A stretch of 64,000 nt of DNA from Candidatus Omnitrophota bacterium (lineage in GTDB: Bacteria; Omnitrophota; Gorgyraeia; Gygaellales; Profunditerraquicolaceae). The stretch spans positions 10,133-74,132 of the forward strand of contig QZKH01000002.1 of NCBI GenBank assembly GCA_003598025.1, read 5' to 3'. Of this stretch, positions 39,269 through 50,800 are shown piece by piece; the stretch's first letter is position 1, and each line of letters opens with the position of its first letter. The notes under the pieces are model-generated. The model did no database searches, was not told the DNA's origin, and saw nothing but the letters and a program-made list of their open reading frames with translations. The translations under genes and the position numbers were made by a program.

Positions 39269-40792
39269 ATGCTTTCAAAAGTATTTACATCTTATACATA
39301 TGGCACAGAAGCATCACTTCTTGAAGTCGAGGCTGATGTTTCCGGAGGGCTCCCTTGTTTTACTATAGTCGGCCTCCCTGATGAGTCTTTGAGGGAGAGC
39401 AGGGACAGAGTGAGGGCCGCGATAAGAAATTCAGGATATGATTTTCCCGTAAGCAGGATAACAATAAATCTGGCCCCAGCCTGCATTAAAAAAGAAGGTT
39501 CGTGTTTTGATTTACCAATTGCTTTAGGGATATTGGCTTCAAGCGGCCAGATACCCTTAGAACCCCTGGGAAGGTTTATGTTCCTTGGAGAGCTATCTTT
39601 AAATGGGTCGATCAAGCCGATAAAAGGAGCTTTGGCAATAGCTATGTTTTTAAAGAAGCTAAGCTCAGTGGATAATATAATCATACCTCCCGAAAATGCT
39701 TTTGAGGCAGCCTTAATAGAAGGGGTCAATGTTTACAAAGCAAGAGATTTAAAACAGGCAATAAACATATTATCTAATCCCGAGGTTATTGAACCCGTTA
39801 AGTCTGATTTGGATAAGTTTAATAAAAACAGTGATTACGGGCTGGATTTTTCTGAAGTAAAAGGGCAGTATTTCGCAAAAAGGGCTTTAGAAGTTGCAGC
39901 CTGCGGTTTTCATAATATTCTCATGTCCGGGCCTGCCGGTTCGGGAAAGACCATGCTTGCCAGAAGGTTGCCGACTATAATGCCATCCATGAGTAAAGAG
40001 GAGATTTTCGAGGTTACAAAGATCTATAGCGTACGGGGGTTATTGTCAATTGAAGACCCTTTGATTTCCAGGAGGCCGTTTCGTTCTGTGCACCACAGTG
40101 CTTCGGGAATTGCTCTTGTCGGTGGAGGCCAGGATCCTAAGCCGGGAGAAGTGAGTTTAGCACATAACGGAGTATTATTCCTTGATGAATTGTTGGAATT
40201 CCGCAGGGATGCCTTAGAGAGCCTTAGGGAGCCTTTGGAGGAAGGCAGGATTACCGTCGCCAGAGCAAATAATACGCTGACTTTCTTAAGCAGGTTTTTA
40301 CTTGTCTGCGCTATGAATCCCTGCCCCTGCGGTAATTTCGGAAACCCGGGCATTCCATGTACATGCACTTCATCAAGGATCGCGCATTATAGGGGCAAGA
40401 TGTCCGGGCCTCTGTTAGACAGGATAGATATATGTATTGATGTCCCAACGTTGCAATTTAACGAACTGGTTAAAAACAAACAAGCAGAGCCGTCTTCTGA
40501 GATAAAGAAGCGTGTTGAAGGCGCACGTTCTACGCAATTAGAGCGGTTTAAAAACGAAGGTATTTTTCATAATTCACAGATGAATGCCAAAATGATAAAT
40601 AAGTACTGCTATCTAGAAAAAGATGCTGAAGGCCTGCTTAAAACAGCTGTTTCGGAGCTGGCTTTATCCGGCAGGGCTTATGATAAAATATTAAGGGTCT
40701 CACGTACCATAGCTGATTTAGCGCAAGCAGAGGCTATTTCTTCAGAACACATATCCGAGGCTATCCAGTACAGGAGAATTGAAAGGCATTGA
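39269..40792 (+). CDS. yifB: YifB/ComM family Mg-chelatase-like AAA+ ATPase
   Basis: An N-terminal Lon-protease-like domain (ITINLAPACIKKEGSCFDLPIALGILAS), a Walker A GPAGSGKT motif, and the ChlI-like core VLFLDELLEFRRDALESLREPLEEGRITVARA. Confidence 0.85.
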   Translation: MLSKVFTSYTYGTEASLLEVEADVSGGLPCFTIVGLPDESLRESRDRVRAAIRNSGYDFPVSRITINLAPACIKKEGSCFDLPIALGILASSGQIPLEPLGRFMFLGELSLNGSIKPIKGALAIAMFLKKLSSVDNIIIPPENAFEAALIEGVNVYKARDLKQAINILSNPEVIEPVKSDLDKFNKNSDYGLDFSEVKGQYFAKRALEVAACGFHNILMSGPAGSGKTMLARRLPTIMPSMSKEEIFEVTKIYSVRGLLSIEDPLISRRPFRSVHHSASGIALVGGGQDPKPGEVSLAHNGVLFLDELLEFRRDALESLREPLEEGRITVARANNTLTFLSRFLLVCAMNPCPCGNFGNPGIPCTCTSSRIAHYRGKMSGPLLDRIDICIDVPTLQFNELVKNKQAEPSSEIKKRVEGARSTQLERFKNEGIFHNSQMNAKMINKYCYLEKDAEGLLKTAVSELALSGRAYDKILRVSRTIADLAQAEAISSEHISEAIQYRRIERH

Positions 40793-40894
40793 GAAACAAG
40801 GCTGCGGTTAAACCAATGCAAAATACATTTTCATTATTAGTTTTATTCCGGCGCGGATGAGCTGGATATTTTTACTTTAACCGGATTCTTGTGT

Positions 40895-41506
40895 TTAGGG
40901 AACAAAAGGAAGCCTTTCAAAAACAACAAATTTATTGTCACGGCATAATGCGTAGTTGTATTTTTTAAGCAGCATATCAAAAATATTACTGATTACTGTC
41001 TCTGAGCCAAGGAAGTTTTCTTCATAACAAAAGAGTATAATTTTGTTGCACTTATTTTTACTCAACAGCTTAATGATCAATGATTTGACCCTATCCCAAG
41101 GCTTATCGCTAGAAATAAATATAACTACCGTAGATATCTCCCTGATTTGAGTAAAATCAAACCTAAAGTAATCACCGTGAAAGAAATTAGCGCGGAATTT
41201 AGGATTGTTTTTTGCAGCCAAAGATATATTCTCCTGGCTTAAATCTATGCCGTAAGGGATTATTTTTGAAGGGGAGAATAAATAGATAAACTTACAGAGT
41301 ATCCCTGTACCGCATCCTAACTCAAAGTAATTTCCGCCTTCTATGTGCGGCAAAAGGGATAAGAAGATATTTATTATGTAAGGAAGGTCTTTTTTAGAAT
41401 GCCCGTTCATTCTCCATTCTTTTTCGGAGAAAGAGCCTAAAAATCTTAACATTCTTATTTTTACGGCTTCGGATATCCTCATAACATTATTTTGGCACCA
41501 TAACAA
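40895..41506 (-). CDS. Class I SAM-dependent methyltransferase
   Basis: Motif I ELGCGTGIL. This is the only convincing – strand gene in the window, and it is convergent with yifB. Confidence 0.6.
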   Translation of the reverse strand: MLWCQNNVMRISEAVKIRMLRFLGSFSEKEWRMNGHSKKDLPYIINIFLSLLPHIEGGNYFELGCGTGILCKFIYLFSPSKIIPYGIDLSQENISLAAKNNPKFRANFFHGDYFRFDFTQIREISTVVIFISSDKPWDRVKSLIIKLLSKNKCNKIILFCYEENFLGSETVISNIFDMLLKKYNYALCRDNKFVVFERLPFVP

Positions 41507-41695
41507 GTTACCAGTAAGCTATAACTATATCATATTTCTGTGTTCATAGGTAATCTTAAATAGACAGGTAAGCTTTTAATATTATGATAATAAATTTGAT
41601 TTTAACATCTAAAGATGCTTAAAATCGGGTTTATACCAAAAAAGCCTTGCTTTTTAGGTTGTCTATTATATAATCTTAATAATAAAGGGAGCTCC

Positions 41696-42301
41696 ATGAA
41701 ACGAGTTAATGGCGTTTTTTTTGCTTTTTTGGCAGGAATAATCCTCTTTGCCGCTTATAGGTATGTCGCCCTTTTTGTTGAGAACAGGCAACTGCATAAT
41801 ACTTTAGCAGAAAAAGAACAGCAGATAGTATCTCTTAATGAGGAGAAGCAAAACCTCTTGCAAACACTGGAGAAAGAAAAAGAAGCCAGAGAAAAGCTCA
41901 TTAAGGAAAGTGCAGGGCTAAGGGATTATCTAAGGGCTAGTAAACAGCGGCTTTCAAGATTATTCAGTGCTTATACTAAGAAAGAAAACGAATTAGATAC
42001 TCTTAGCTCGCAATTTTCCATTCTCAAGGTTGAAAGAGACGCTCTGCAGGCCAAGAACACGGAAATTATCTCTGAAAACAGCCAGCTCACGGCAAAATTA
42101 AGCTCAATAGTAGAGTTAAAAAAGGCTATCAGGGAATTAAAAAGGCATAGGCGTTTGTCGCGGAAATTAGGTAAGGACGCGTCTGTTAACAAGCAAACAG
42201 ATTCAGATGGCAACCAGGGGTTTGTAATAAAAGATGGGGTGCCTTCCGTAACTCAAAAGACCAGGGTGGAAGTATCGCCTGCGGCACAGGATAGTAGATG
42301 A
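41696..42301 (+). CDS. Membrane-anchored coiled-coil protein (hypothetical)
   Basis: ATG at 41696 preceded by GGGAG. An N-terminal TM helix (GVFFAFLAGIILFAAYRYVALFV) is followed by heptad-rich sequence. The annotated upstream start at 41615 lacks an RBS. Confidence 0.4.
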   Translation: MKRVNGVFFAFLAGIILFAAYRYVALFVENRQLHNTLAEKEQQIVSLNEEKQNLLQTLEKEKEAREKLIKESAGLRDYLRASKQRLSRLFSAYTKKENELDTLSSQFSILKVERDALQAKNTEIISENSQLTAKLSSIVELKKAIRELKRHRRLSRKLGKDASVNKQTDSDGNQGFVIKDGVPSVTQKTRVEVSPAAQDSR

Positions 42302-42747
42302 TAAAAGATATATTTTATGAATTTTTCAGTAACAAAATATTCATGACTACGCTTTCGGCCTGGGTAATCGCCCAGACTATAAAGGTCACAATCGGCGTGG
42401 TGCGTACAAGAAGATTTGATTTCCGGTGGTTCGTTGGTACCGGCGGCATGCCGTCAAGCCATGCCTGCGGGGCATCATGCCTTGCCACAGCCATAGGCTT
42501 GCAGTACGGTTTTAATAGTGTATTTTTTGCCTTAGCAGCTTCTTTTGCTGTAGTGGTGATGTTTGATGCGCAGGGAGTGCGCCGCTCTACAGGCAAGCAG
42601 GCGAGGATTTTAAACAAAATAATGGATGATATTTATTGGCAAGGAAGAATCCAAGAGATACGCCTACGTGAGTTAGTCGGGCATACCCCGGTAGAGGTAA
42701 TAGCCGGTTTTTTCCTTGGCATTGCTATAGCATTCGTAGCCAAATAG
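42298..42747 (+). CDS. Divergent PAP2 (DUF212) family membrane protein
   Basis: The GGMPSSHA motif and a multi-TM profile typical of the acid phosphatase / vanadium-haloperoxidase-related DUF212 family. Confidence 0.6.
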   Translation: MIKDIFYEFFSNKIFMTTLSAWVIAQTIKVTIGVVRTRRFDFRWFVGTGGMPSSHACGASCLATAIGLQYGFNSVFFALAASFAVVVMFDAQGVRRSTGKQARILNKIMDDIYWQGRIQEIRLRELVGHTPVEVIAGFFLGIAIAFVAK

Positions 42748-42759
42748 GAGGATAGATAC

Positions 42760-43581
42760 GTGAATAAGAAGTTAGTAATCAGTATATCTGTTGTTATAAT
42801 CTTGATAATTGCGATTATTTTCTTGCTGGCCAGAAAAGGCTCAGGAACAACACTCGGATTTAGGGGCAGGATATCGCCCCAGGCAGCATCATTGATAGCC
42901 CAGGCAAACGGCTTTGAAGCGGATAAAGATTTTGTTCAGGCAAAACTGATTTATCAAAAACTTATAGCTGATTTCCCCAGTTCCAGGGATTTGGCTGGCT
43001 GGCAGAGAAAAATAGACAGCCTTAATGTTGGAGCCATTGCTTCACCTAACCAGGTGGAAGGCTGGAGCGTTGCTTACGAGATTAAACCCGGAGACAGTTT
43101 GTTCAAAATAGCAAAAAAGTTTAATACTACAGTAGAGCTGATAAGAAAATGTAATAATTTCGCCTCGGACAGGATTGTCCCTGGGCAAAAGATCAAAGTA
43201 GTTAATATGCCTTTTAAAATATTTGTAGACAAGTCTCAGAATATACTGCTTTTAAAATCGAATGACGAAGTAATCAAAACCTATATTGTTTCTACTGGCA
43301 AGAATAATAGCTCGCCCGTCGGTACATTTAAAATAACCACCAAACTAGAAAATCCTACCTGGTTTAAGGCAGGAGCCGTAATACCAGCTGACAGCCCCGA
43401 AAATATACTGGGTTCCCGTTGGATGGGCTTTGATTTGGCCGGATACGGTATCCACGGCACTACCGAACCCAATAACCTCGGCAAACAGGTTACACAAGGG
43501 TGCGTCCGTATGGCTAATAGCGATGTTGAAGAGCTGTATATGATCGTACCTGCCGGAACCGAGGTCACAATAGTAGATTAA
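42760..43581 (+). CDS. LysM domain + L,D-transpeptidase (YkuD) protein
   Basis: LysM: [25 protein letters not shown]-transpeptidase catalytic region: [24 protein letters not shown] (His and Cys). N-terminal TM anchor. GTG start with an AGGAGG RBS. Confidence 0.75.
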   Translation: MNKKLVISISVVIILIIAIIFLLARKGSGTTLGFRGRISPQAASLIAQANGFEADKDFVQAKLIYQKLIADFPSSRDLAGWQRKIDSLNVGAIASPNQVEGWSVAYEIKPGDSLFKIAKKFNTTVELIRKCNNFASDRIVPGQKIKVVNMPFKIFVDKSQNILLLKSNDEVIKTYIVSTGKNNSSPVGTFKITTKLENPTWFKAGAVIPADSPENILGSRWMGFDLAGYGIHGTTEPNNLGKQVTQGCVRMANSDVEELYMIVPAGTEVTIVD

Positions 43582-43591
43582 TCCTTATAAG

Positions 43592-44542
43592 ATGAACGGA
43601 CTAGATTTTGAAAAACCGATTATCGAGTTAGAGAAAAAGATCCAGGAGTTAAGAAGCTTTAATTCCGGCAAGAAAGTCAATATATCTTCAGAGATAAAGC
43701 AGCTGGAAGATAAACTCGCTCATCTTAAGAAAGAAACTTACAGTAATTTATCAGCTTGGCAGAAAGTGCAGATAGCCAGGCACCCTCAAAGGCCTTACAC
43801 CCTGGATTATATAAGGATGATAGCCACCGATTTTATTGAGTTGCATGGTGACCGTTTATTCTCTGATGATAAGGCTTTAATCGCAGGGTTTGCTAAAATA
43901 GATAACTATAAAGTTATGGTTATGGGCCACCAGAAGGGCAGGGATACAAAAGAAAACCTTAAAAGGAACTTTGGTTGCGCTCATCCGGAGGGCTACCGTA
44001 AAGCCCTAAGGATCATGCAAATGGCAGAAAAATTCGGCTTGCCGGTTGTAATATTTATTGATACTCCTGGTGCATACCCAGGCATAGGGGCTGAAGAGCG
44101 GGGCCAGGCTCAGGCGATAGCTTTAAATTTAAGGGAGATGATGAATATAAATACCCCTTTAATTGCAACTGTTATAGGCGAAGGCGGTTCAGGAGGAGCC
44201 TTGGGCATAGGGATAGCCGACAGGGTTTTCGTGCTTGAGAATGCCTACTATTCAGTTATATCTCCTGAAGGGTGCGCTGCCATATTATGGAAAGACGGCT
44301 CAAAAGCGCCTCTTGCCGCAGAAGTGCTTAAACTTACTGCTCAGGATCTGTTGAGGATGGGATTGATCGACGATATAATCCCTGAACCTGTAGGCGGCGC
44401 CCATCGTGACCCGGGGAAAGCAGCAAAGGATATAAAAGACACACTGTTGAAAGCACTTAAAGAGCTAACCCAGGAAGATAATGCTCAGCTATTGAAAGAG
44501 CGCTATAAGAAATTTCGAAGTATCGGGGCGACAGAAAAATGA
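43592..44542 (+). CDS. accA: Acetyl-CoA carboxylase carboxyltransferase α subunit
   Basis: Full-length collinearity with AccA: [36 protein letters not shown] and [17 protein letters not shown]. Confidence 0.9.
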   Translation: MNGLDFEKPIIELEKKIQELRSFNSGKKVNISSEIKQLEDKLAHLKKETYSNLSAWQKVQIARHPQRPYTLDYIRMIATDFIELHGDRLFSDDKALIAGFAKIDNYKVMVMGHQKGRDTKENLKRNFGCAHPEGYRKALRIMQMAEKFGLPVVIFIDTPGAYPGIGAEERGQAQAIALNLREMMNINTPLIATVIGEGGSGGALGIGIADRVFVLENAYYSVISPEGCAAILWKDGSKAPLAAEVLKLTAQDLLRMGLIDDIIPEPVGGAHRDPGKAAKDIKDTLLKALKELTQEDNAQLLKERYKKFRSIGATEK

Positions 44543-45063
44543 TAGAACAGGAATTACTATTATTAGGCCTCCTTAAAGAAAGGCCGAGGCATGGTTACGA
44601 AATAAAGACTAAGATAATAGAGCTGTTGAAATATTTCGCCGGAATTGATATCAAATCCATATATTACCCTCTCAGAGTCATGGAGAAGAAGGGCCTTTTA
44701 ACTAAGCATACCGATAAGCACGGGAAGCGTCCAGCCCGCATAATATATTCTCTTACCCCAAAGGGACAGCGCAGATTTGATGAGTTATTAGACAAAAGTT
44801 TCTTCCATTTTAAGAGGCCGCAGTTTAGTTCCGACGTGAGCCTGTATTTTTTAAATTATGCCCGGCCTGATACGGCAAAACGCAAATTAAGGGCAAGGCT
44901 TTTTATACTTAGGAAGATATCCAAAGAACTTAGCAATGTCCTCAAAAGCCAGGAATTAAGAAAACTTCCTGGTAACCTTTCTTTGATACTGAGGCATAAT
45001 TTGGAGATGCTGGAAGCAGAGTCTCAGTTTTTATCCAGCCTGATGTCCGCAGTAAAAACTTGA
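44539..45063 (+). CDS. PadR family transcriptional regulator
   Basis: The N-terminal winged helix [17 protein letters not shown] is the PadR signature. It overlaps the accA stop by 4 nt. Confidence 0.7.
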   Translation: MIEQELLLLGLLKERPRHGYEIKTKIIELLKYFAGIDIKSIYYPLRVMEKKGLLTKHTDKHGKRPARIIYSLTPKGQRRFDELLDKSFFHFKRPQFSSDVSLYFLNYARPDTAKRKLRARLFILRKISKELSNVLKSQELRKLPGNLSLILRHNLEMLEAESQFLSSLMSAVKT

Positions 45064-45181
45064 ATTCCCGCCCCCTTTTATTTTAGCCGATAAGTTATAG
45101 CATATTAACCCAAACAAATATTAAAAAAGCCGATTGACAGGCCCTATGAACAATGGGGTATGAACTACGAACTATTTTATA

Positions 45182-45241
45182 TTGACAAACCAGATTCTAA
45201 GATATATACTTTACTTAGTTAATAGTTAATATACTTAACTA
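45182..45241 (+). promoter_or_regulatory. σ70-like promoter (TTGACA-N17-TATACT) followed by a TAGTTAA direct/inverted-repeat operator, probably autoregulatory for the marR-efflux operon
   Basis: TTGACA at 45182-45187, a 17-nt spacer, TATACT at 45205-45210. Immediately downstream: TTAGTTAA / TAGTTAA direct repeats (45215-45229) and the inverted repeat TAGTTAA-N5-TTAACTA (45223-45241), ending 15 nt before the marR ATG. Confidence 0.5.
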
Positions 45242-45256
45242 TTTAGGAGGTAAGAT

Positions 45257-45706
45257 ATGCCTGATATATCAATCAACGAGTTTGCAGATAAAATAACGAA
45301 AATTATGCCGGTATTAGTCAGGGAGTTTTCCAGGCACAGCTCAGATGAATTAATGAAAGGCAAAGTCTCGCTGCCGCAGTTTTTAATTATGTGTTATCTT
45401 AACGAAGATAAAGAGGCTAAGATGAAAGATTTAGCCGCCTACATACATGTGACGACTGCCGCGACTACCGGTATAGTCCAGAGGCTGGTCAGGGAAGGAT
45501 ATGCCTTGAGGGTATATGAACCGAATGACAGGCGGATAATAAAGATCAGGCTCACTGATAAAGGCAGGGAGCTGGTAAAAAAAATCTCCGAGCAGCGCAA
45601 GAGGGCTGTAATAAGGGTATTCGGCAAAATCTCCGGTAGCGACCGGGGCCAATATTTAAAAATACTGGAGAAGATAAAATCAGCTGTTTTAAAGGACACA
45701 AGTTAA
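45257..45706 (+). CDS. MarR family transcriptional regulator
   Basis: Winged HTH: LPQFLIMCYLNEDKEAKMKDLAAYIHVTTAATTGIVQRLVREGYALRVYEPNDRRIIKIRLTDKG. It is the first gene of the efflux operon. Confidence 0.8.
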   Translation: MPDISINEFADKITKIMPVLVREFSRHSSDELMKGKVSLPQFLIMCYLNEDKEAKMKDLAAYIHVTTAATTGIVQRLVREGYALRVYEPNDRRIIKIRLTDKGRELVKKISEQRKRAVIRVFGKISGSDRGQYLKILEKIKSAVLKDTS

Positions 45707-45710
45707 TAAA

Positions 45711-46976
45711 ATGAAAAAAAGCTTATTAGTTATATTAATATTACTATCAGTTTTCTCTATGTCATACGCGCAGGGCATGGATTTAACTCTGGATGATGTT
45801 CTTGTTATTGCACTTCGCGATAATCCAGATATACTGCTTGGCATCGAGGATGTTAAAAAGGCGCAGGCTAAAGTGCGGGAGGCAAAAGCATCTCTTCTGC
45901 CGAGTGTTAATTTCTCAGGGACATGGTCTGACACAAGGGGGCTTTATTCAAAAGACATACCTCAAAATGCGACTCAAACTACCTTGAAGCAGTATTTATT
46001 TAAAGGAGGCAGAATACTTAATTCTATCGCTGAGAGCAAATATAATCTTGATTCGTCTGAGGCTGCATTAGATGTAGCCAGGCTGGAAGTCGGGCTAAGC
46101 GCAGAAAAAGCTTTCTATACTTTATTGCTGGCTAAAGAATTGGTCAGCCTTAACAGAATAATAGTTGATAACACCCAGGAACATTTAAATTACATAAAAG
46201 AGCGCTATAATAGCGGAGAGGCATCTGAATCAGATATGCTTAACCTGGAATCTTCCCTAGATTCTGTTAAACAGGCTTATGAAGAAACAATAAGCCAGTT
46301 TGAGGCAGCAGACATTTTATTAAAGGATATATTAAATATCGATAGAGATACAAATATAAATCCTGTAGGAGAATTTAGTTATTCACCGCAGGAGTTAGCT
46401 TACGATGAAGCCTTTGTCAAAGCCATGAAAGACAGGCCGGAAATCAGGGAATACGAGGCTAAGGTAAAAGCGAATGAGAAATCAGTTGCCATAGCAAAAG
46501 GGGAGAGTTTGCCTACTGTTTATGCCTCATGGGATTATTATACCAAGTCCACATCATCCTTAAGTTTTTCCCCCACAAAAGGATGGCAGGATTATAATAT
46601 CATAGGTCTTACCCTTTCCTGGCCGGTATTCGATGGGTGGGCGACTAAGGCCAAGGTCCAGCAGGCATTAGCAGATTTAAAGACAGCAAGAATAGAGAAA
46701 TCACGTATGATAAGTGACATAATTTCTGAAGTCAGGACTTCATATTTATCGCTTAAGGATTCTATGCTGCAGATAAAAACATCAGAGTCACAATTAGCAG
46801 TATTTAAGGATAATCTTTCAACAGCTCAGGATAAATTCGAACAGGGGATTGTAAGTTCCCTGGATTTAGATGATGCCAAATTGAAACACGATATATCAAT
46901 GTTTAATAAAAAACAATCTGTTTATGATTATTTTATGGCCAAGAGCAGTTTTGAGAAAGCAACAGGAGGAATATAA
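45711..46976 (+). CDS. TolC-like outer membrane efflux protein (OEP family)
   Basis: A signal peptide and two OEP repeats with typical LTLDDVLVIALRDNPD... / ...SLLPSV... patterns. 421 aa. Confidence 0.75.
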   Translation: MKKSLLVILILLSVFSMSYAQGMDLTLDDVLVIALRDNPDILLGIEDVKKAQAKVREAKASLLPSVNFSGTWSDTRGLYSKDIPQNATQTTLKQYLFKGGRILNSIAESKYNLDSSEAALDVARLEVGLSAEKAFYTLLLAKELVSLNRIIVDNTQEHLNYIKERYNSGEASESDMLNLESSLDSVKQAYEETISQFEAADILLKDILNIDRDTNINPVGEFSYSPQELAYDEAFVKAMKDRPEIREYEAKVKANEKSVAIAKGESLPTVYASWDYYTKSTSSLSFSPTKGWQDYNIIGLTLSWPVFDGWATKAKVQQALADLKTARIEKSRMISDIISEVRTSYLSLKDSMLQIKTSESQLAVFKDNLSTAQDKFEQGIVSSLDLDDAKLKHDISMFNKKQSVYDYFMAKSSFEKATGGI

Positions 46977-47869
46977 TGTTTAACATATTGAGGAGACCTT
47001 TAATAATTTCGATATTTGTTTTGTTTATATGCCTGCAGTTTATCACCGGGTGCAGAAGTAAGCCGAAGCAGGAAAAAATAAACGGGATCATCCCGGTAAA
47101 AATCAATAAGATAGAGTTAAAGAGCGTTAACGAGTCTATTGATTATGTGGGCGATATAAAAGCCAGGGATGAAGCGCTTATTTATCCCAAGGTAAGCGGT
47201 AAGATAGCTGAGAAGAAAATTGCCGAAGGCTCTAACGTAAAAAAAGGCGAAGCGATTGTTTATATTGACAGGGATGAAGTAGGCCTGAAATTCCAGAGCG
47301 CACCTGTTGAAAGCACAATAGATGGAGTTGTCGGAAGGGTATATGTAGATATAGGAGAGAACGTAGACCAGCAGACGCCTGTAGCTTTGGTAGTCAATAT
47401 GGATCAGGCAAAAATCAATCTTGACGTACCGGAAAAATATATATCCAGGATTTTGATAGAGCAGGAATCCAGTATAAAGGTCGATGCTTATCCGGATAAG
47501 GTATTTACCGGAAAAGTGACCAAGATCAGCCCAGTGGTAGACATTTCTACAAGGACAGCGCCCGTTGAAATTTTGGTGGATAACCCCGGACATGAATTAA
47601 AATCGGGGATGTTTGCCAGGGTAAACCTGGTAATAGACACAAAGGATAACGTGCCAGTGCTATTAAAGGAAGCGGTAATGGGTAAAGACCCCAATTTGTA
47701 TGTTTATATCATCGAGAACGGTAAAGCCGTACTAAAACAGGTCACAACAGGCATCAGGCATGGGCCATTTTATGAGATTAAGACCGGGTTAAAGGAGGGC
47801 GATTCAGTCGTTGTGGTTGGCCAACAAAAGTTGTATGAAGGGGCAAGCGTTGCAATAGAGAGGGAATAA
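46976..47869 (+). CDS. RND efflux periplasmic adaptor (membrane fusion protein)
   Basis: A lipobox-like N-terminus (FITGC), a biotin-lipoyl-like hairpin and a β-barrel pattern. It sits between the OEP and the RND pump. Confidence 0.75.
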   Translation: MFNILRRPLIISIFVLFICLQFITGCRSKPKQEKINGIIPVKINKIELKSVNESIDYVGDIKARDEALIYPKVSGKIAEKKIAEGSNVKKGEAIVYIDRDEVGLKFQSAPVESTIDGVVGRVYVDIGENVDQQTPVALVVNMDQAKINLDVPEKYISRILIEQESSIKVDAYPDKVFTGKVTKISPVVDISTRTAPVEILVDNPGHELKSGMFARVNLVIDTKDNVPVLLKEAVMGKDPNLYVYIIENGKAVLKQVTTGIRHGPFYEIKTGLKEGDSVVVVGQQKLYEGASVAIERE

Positions 47870-47870
47870 T

Positions 47871-50800
47871 ATGAAATTAGCTGAATTCGGAGTAAAAAGA
47901 CCGGTCGCAAACCTGATGATTTTTACAGCTATTATTGTATTGGCCTTTTACAGCCTTACCAGATTAGGCGTAGATTCCTTTCCCGAGATAGAGCCCCCGT
48001 CCATAAGCGTTATATCTTCTTATCCCGGGGCAAATCCTGAAGATGTGGAGATCAAAGTTACAGAAGTGCTTGAGAACCAGCTTGCCACTACCCCGGGAAT
48101 CGAAAAGATTACTTCGCACTCTTCAGAAGGTTCATCTGTTGTTACCTTAAAATTCAGCTGGGGCACAGATCTGGACGCTGCTTCTAATGATATACGAGAT
48201 CGTATAGAGATAGCCAAACGTTCTCTCCCCGATATACCTGATGAGATGGACAATCCATTTATATTTAAATTCAACACATCCAATATTCCCATATTGTTCA
48301 TGGGTATTACTGCCACACAATCTTATACCGAACTTTATGATTTGCTAGATGACAGGATTGCTGATCCTTTAAGGCAGTTGCCAGGTGTAGGCACTGTCCA
48401 GTTTCAGGGCGGAGGGTTAGAGAGGCAGATTAATGTATGGATAGACAGGGAAAGGCTCCAGGGGTATGGTTTTTCAATCCTTGATATTAAAAACGCAATC
48501 AAGGCTGAAAATATTACTCAGCCCGTCGGTAATATAAAAGTCGGACTCACCGATTATTCGATAAGGCTGCCCGGAGAATTTACAGACCCCGGGCAGATCA
48601 ATTCAGTTGTATTAGGCAAGCGTAACGGCAAGATAATTTATCTGAGGGATGTAGCACGGGTAGAAGATGGTTTCAAGGAAGTGACCACTATTGCCCGCGT
48701 GGACGAGGGCCGGGCAATAATAATGATGGTCCAGAAGCAGAGCGGAACTAACACCGTAGAAGTAGCAGACAGGGTCAAGAAAAAGCTGGAAGAATTAAGG
48801 TATACATTGCCGCCAGATGTCAAGATGAGGCTGATGTTCGATAACTCCGAAGATATCAAGACCTCTTTGAGTTCACTTAAGGCCACAACCTGGTTTGCGA
48901 TACTTTTAGTCATTGTTGTTGTATGGTTTTTCCTGAGGCAATTCGCAGCAAGCATGATTGTTGCTTTGACTATACCATTTTCGCTCTTGATAAGTTTCAT
49001 ATATTTATTTCTTAGCGGTAAGACTATAAATGTAATCAGCCTCTCTTCGTTAGCTATAGCCTCCGGAATGGTTGTGGATAATGCTATCGTTGTGGTTGAT
49101 AATGTCTGGCGCCGCATAGAACACGGGCAAAGGACAAGCGAAGCATCCATATTCGGGACATCGGAAATATTTTTAGCAATCGCCGCCTCGACCCTTACTA
49201 CAATAGTCGTGTTTATGCCGCTTTTGTTTCTAACCGGAGTAGTGGGGAAGCTCTTTGGCGAACTGGCAGCTATAATAATCGTAACATTGTCAGCCTCTCT
49301 TTTTACAGCAGTAACATTTAGCCCTATGCTTTGTTCCAAATGGCTAAAGCCGGATCACAAATCATTAAAGGCAGGATTATTTAACAGGATGTATGCAGTA
49401 TCTGAGCAATGGTTTAAAAGCATGGAGAATACATACTCGAATATGCTTGCCTGGTGCCTTAAGTATAAGAAAATGGTAATTTCCATCTCTTTAGGGATAC
49501 TTATCTTTGTAGGCTTACTTACACGTTTTGTAGGCAATGAATTTATACCTGAAGAAGATACGGGCGATTTGCGTATAAGCGCGCACCTTCCGATAGGAAC
49601 GCGCGTTGAGGAGACCGATGGTTTAGCTAGAAAGATTGAGCAGATTTTTAAAGATGAAATCCCCGAAGCGAAATATTTTTACGTTAGGAGCGGCCAGCTT
49701 TCCGGCATCGGCAGGGCTTTTGGGAATGTTTCCGGTACGCATATAGTCTCAGCCGGCATCAAATTAGTCCCTAAGACAGAAAGAAAGCTTTCGGTTAAAG
49801 AGACAGCGGAAGTTGTAAGAAATAGGATCACCGCAATACCCGGGGTAATGAAAGTTGATATTACAACAGGAAACCCTATGGGTCGGCTGATTACCGGAGG
49901 AGGCAAGAGCATACAGGTAGAAATTATCGGCCATTCCTTTGAAGAAACAGATGCATTGGCTTTAAAGATCAAGGGTCTTATAGAAGGAATACCCGGTGCT
50001 GTAGAGGTGAGTATTTCCCGCGAAGCAAACCGGCCCGAGCTTAAGATTGATGTTGACCGCCAAAAATCTTCGGCATTGGGATTAGATATGAGCACTATAG
50101 CAGATACGGTTAACACTTTTATCCAGGGATCAGTTGCCAGTAAGTATAGAGAATCCGGGGATACATATGATATTTATGTAAGGGCAGATGATTTTTCGCG
50201 TTCGGACATAGAAGATATCAAGAACATACCTGTAGTGCCAGCAGATTCCGCATTTTCATTATCTTCCGGTAGCAACCCCAGGTTATCTCAGGATCTGAGA
50301 AAAACACAGATTACTTTGTCAAATATTGCTGAGATACGGCAGGAAAATATCCCGCAGGAGATAGAGCGTAAAAACCGGGAAAGAATAGTCAAGGTTGAAT
50401 GTAATGCCTATCGCCGCTCGACTGGTAAGATAGTGGAAGATATAAATAAAGAACTTAAGAACATGATAATACCGGCAGGTATACAGGTTATTATCGGCGG
50501 TGAGGCTGAAGAACAGGCTAAAGCTTTTAAGGACTTGTTTTTGCTGCTGATATTGGGGATCTTGTTAGTTTATATGGTTATGGCTGCTCAATTTGAATCA
50601 TTACTGGATCCATTTATTATAATGTTTTCCATACCTTTTACTTTCATCGGAGTAATCCTGGCATTTATTATCACCGGTACTAACTTAAGCGTTATAAGTT
50701 TTCTGGGTATAGTTATGTTGATGGGTATAGTCGTCAATAATGCTATAGTACTTATCAGTTATATAAATATTCTGCGCGCCAGAGGTTATTCTATGCATGA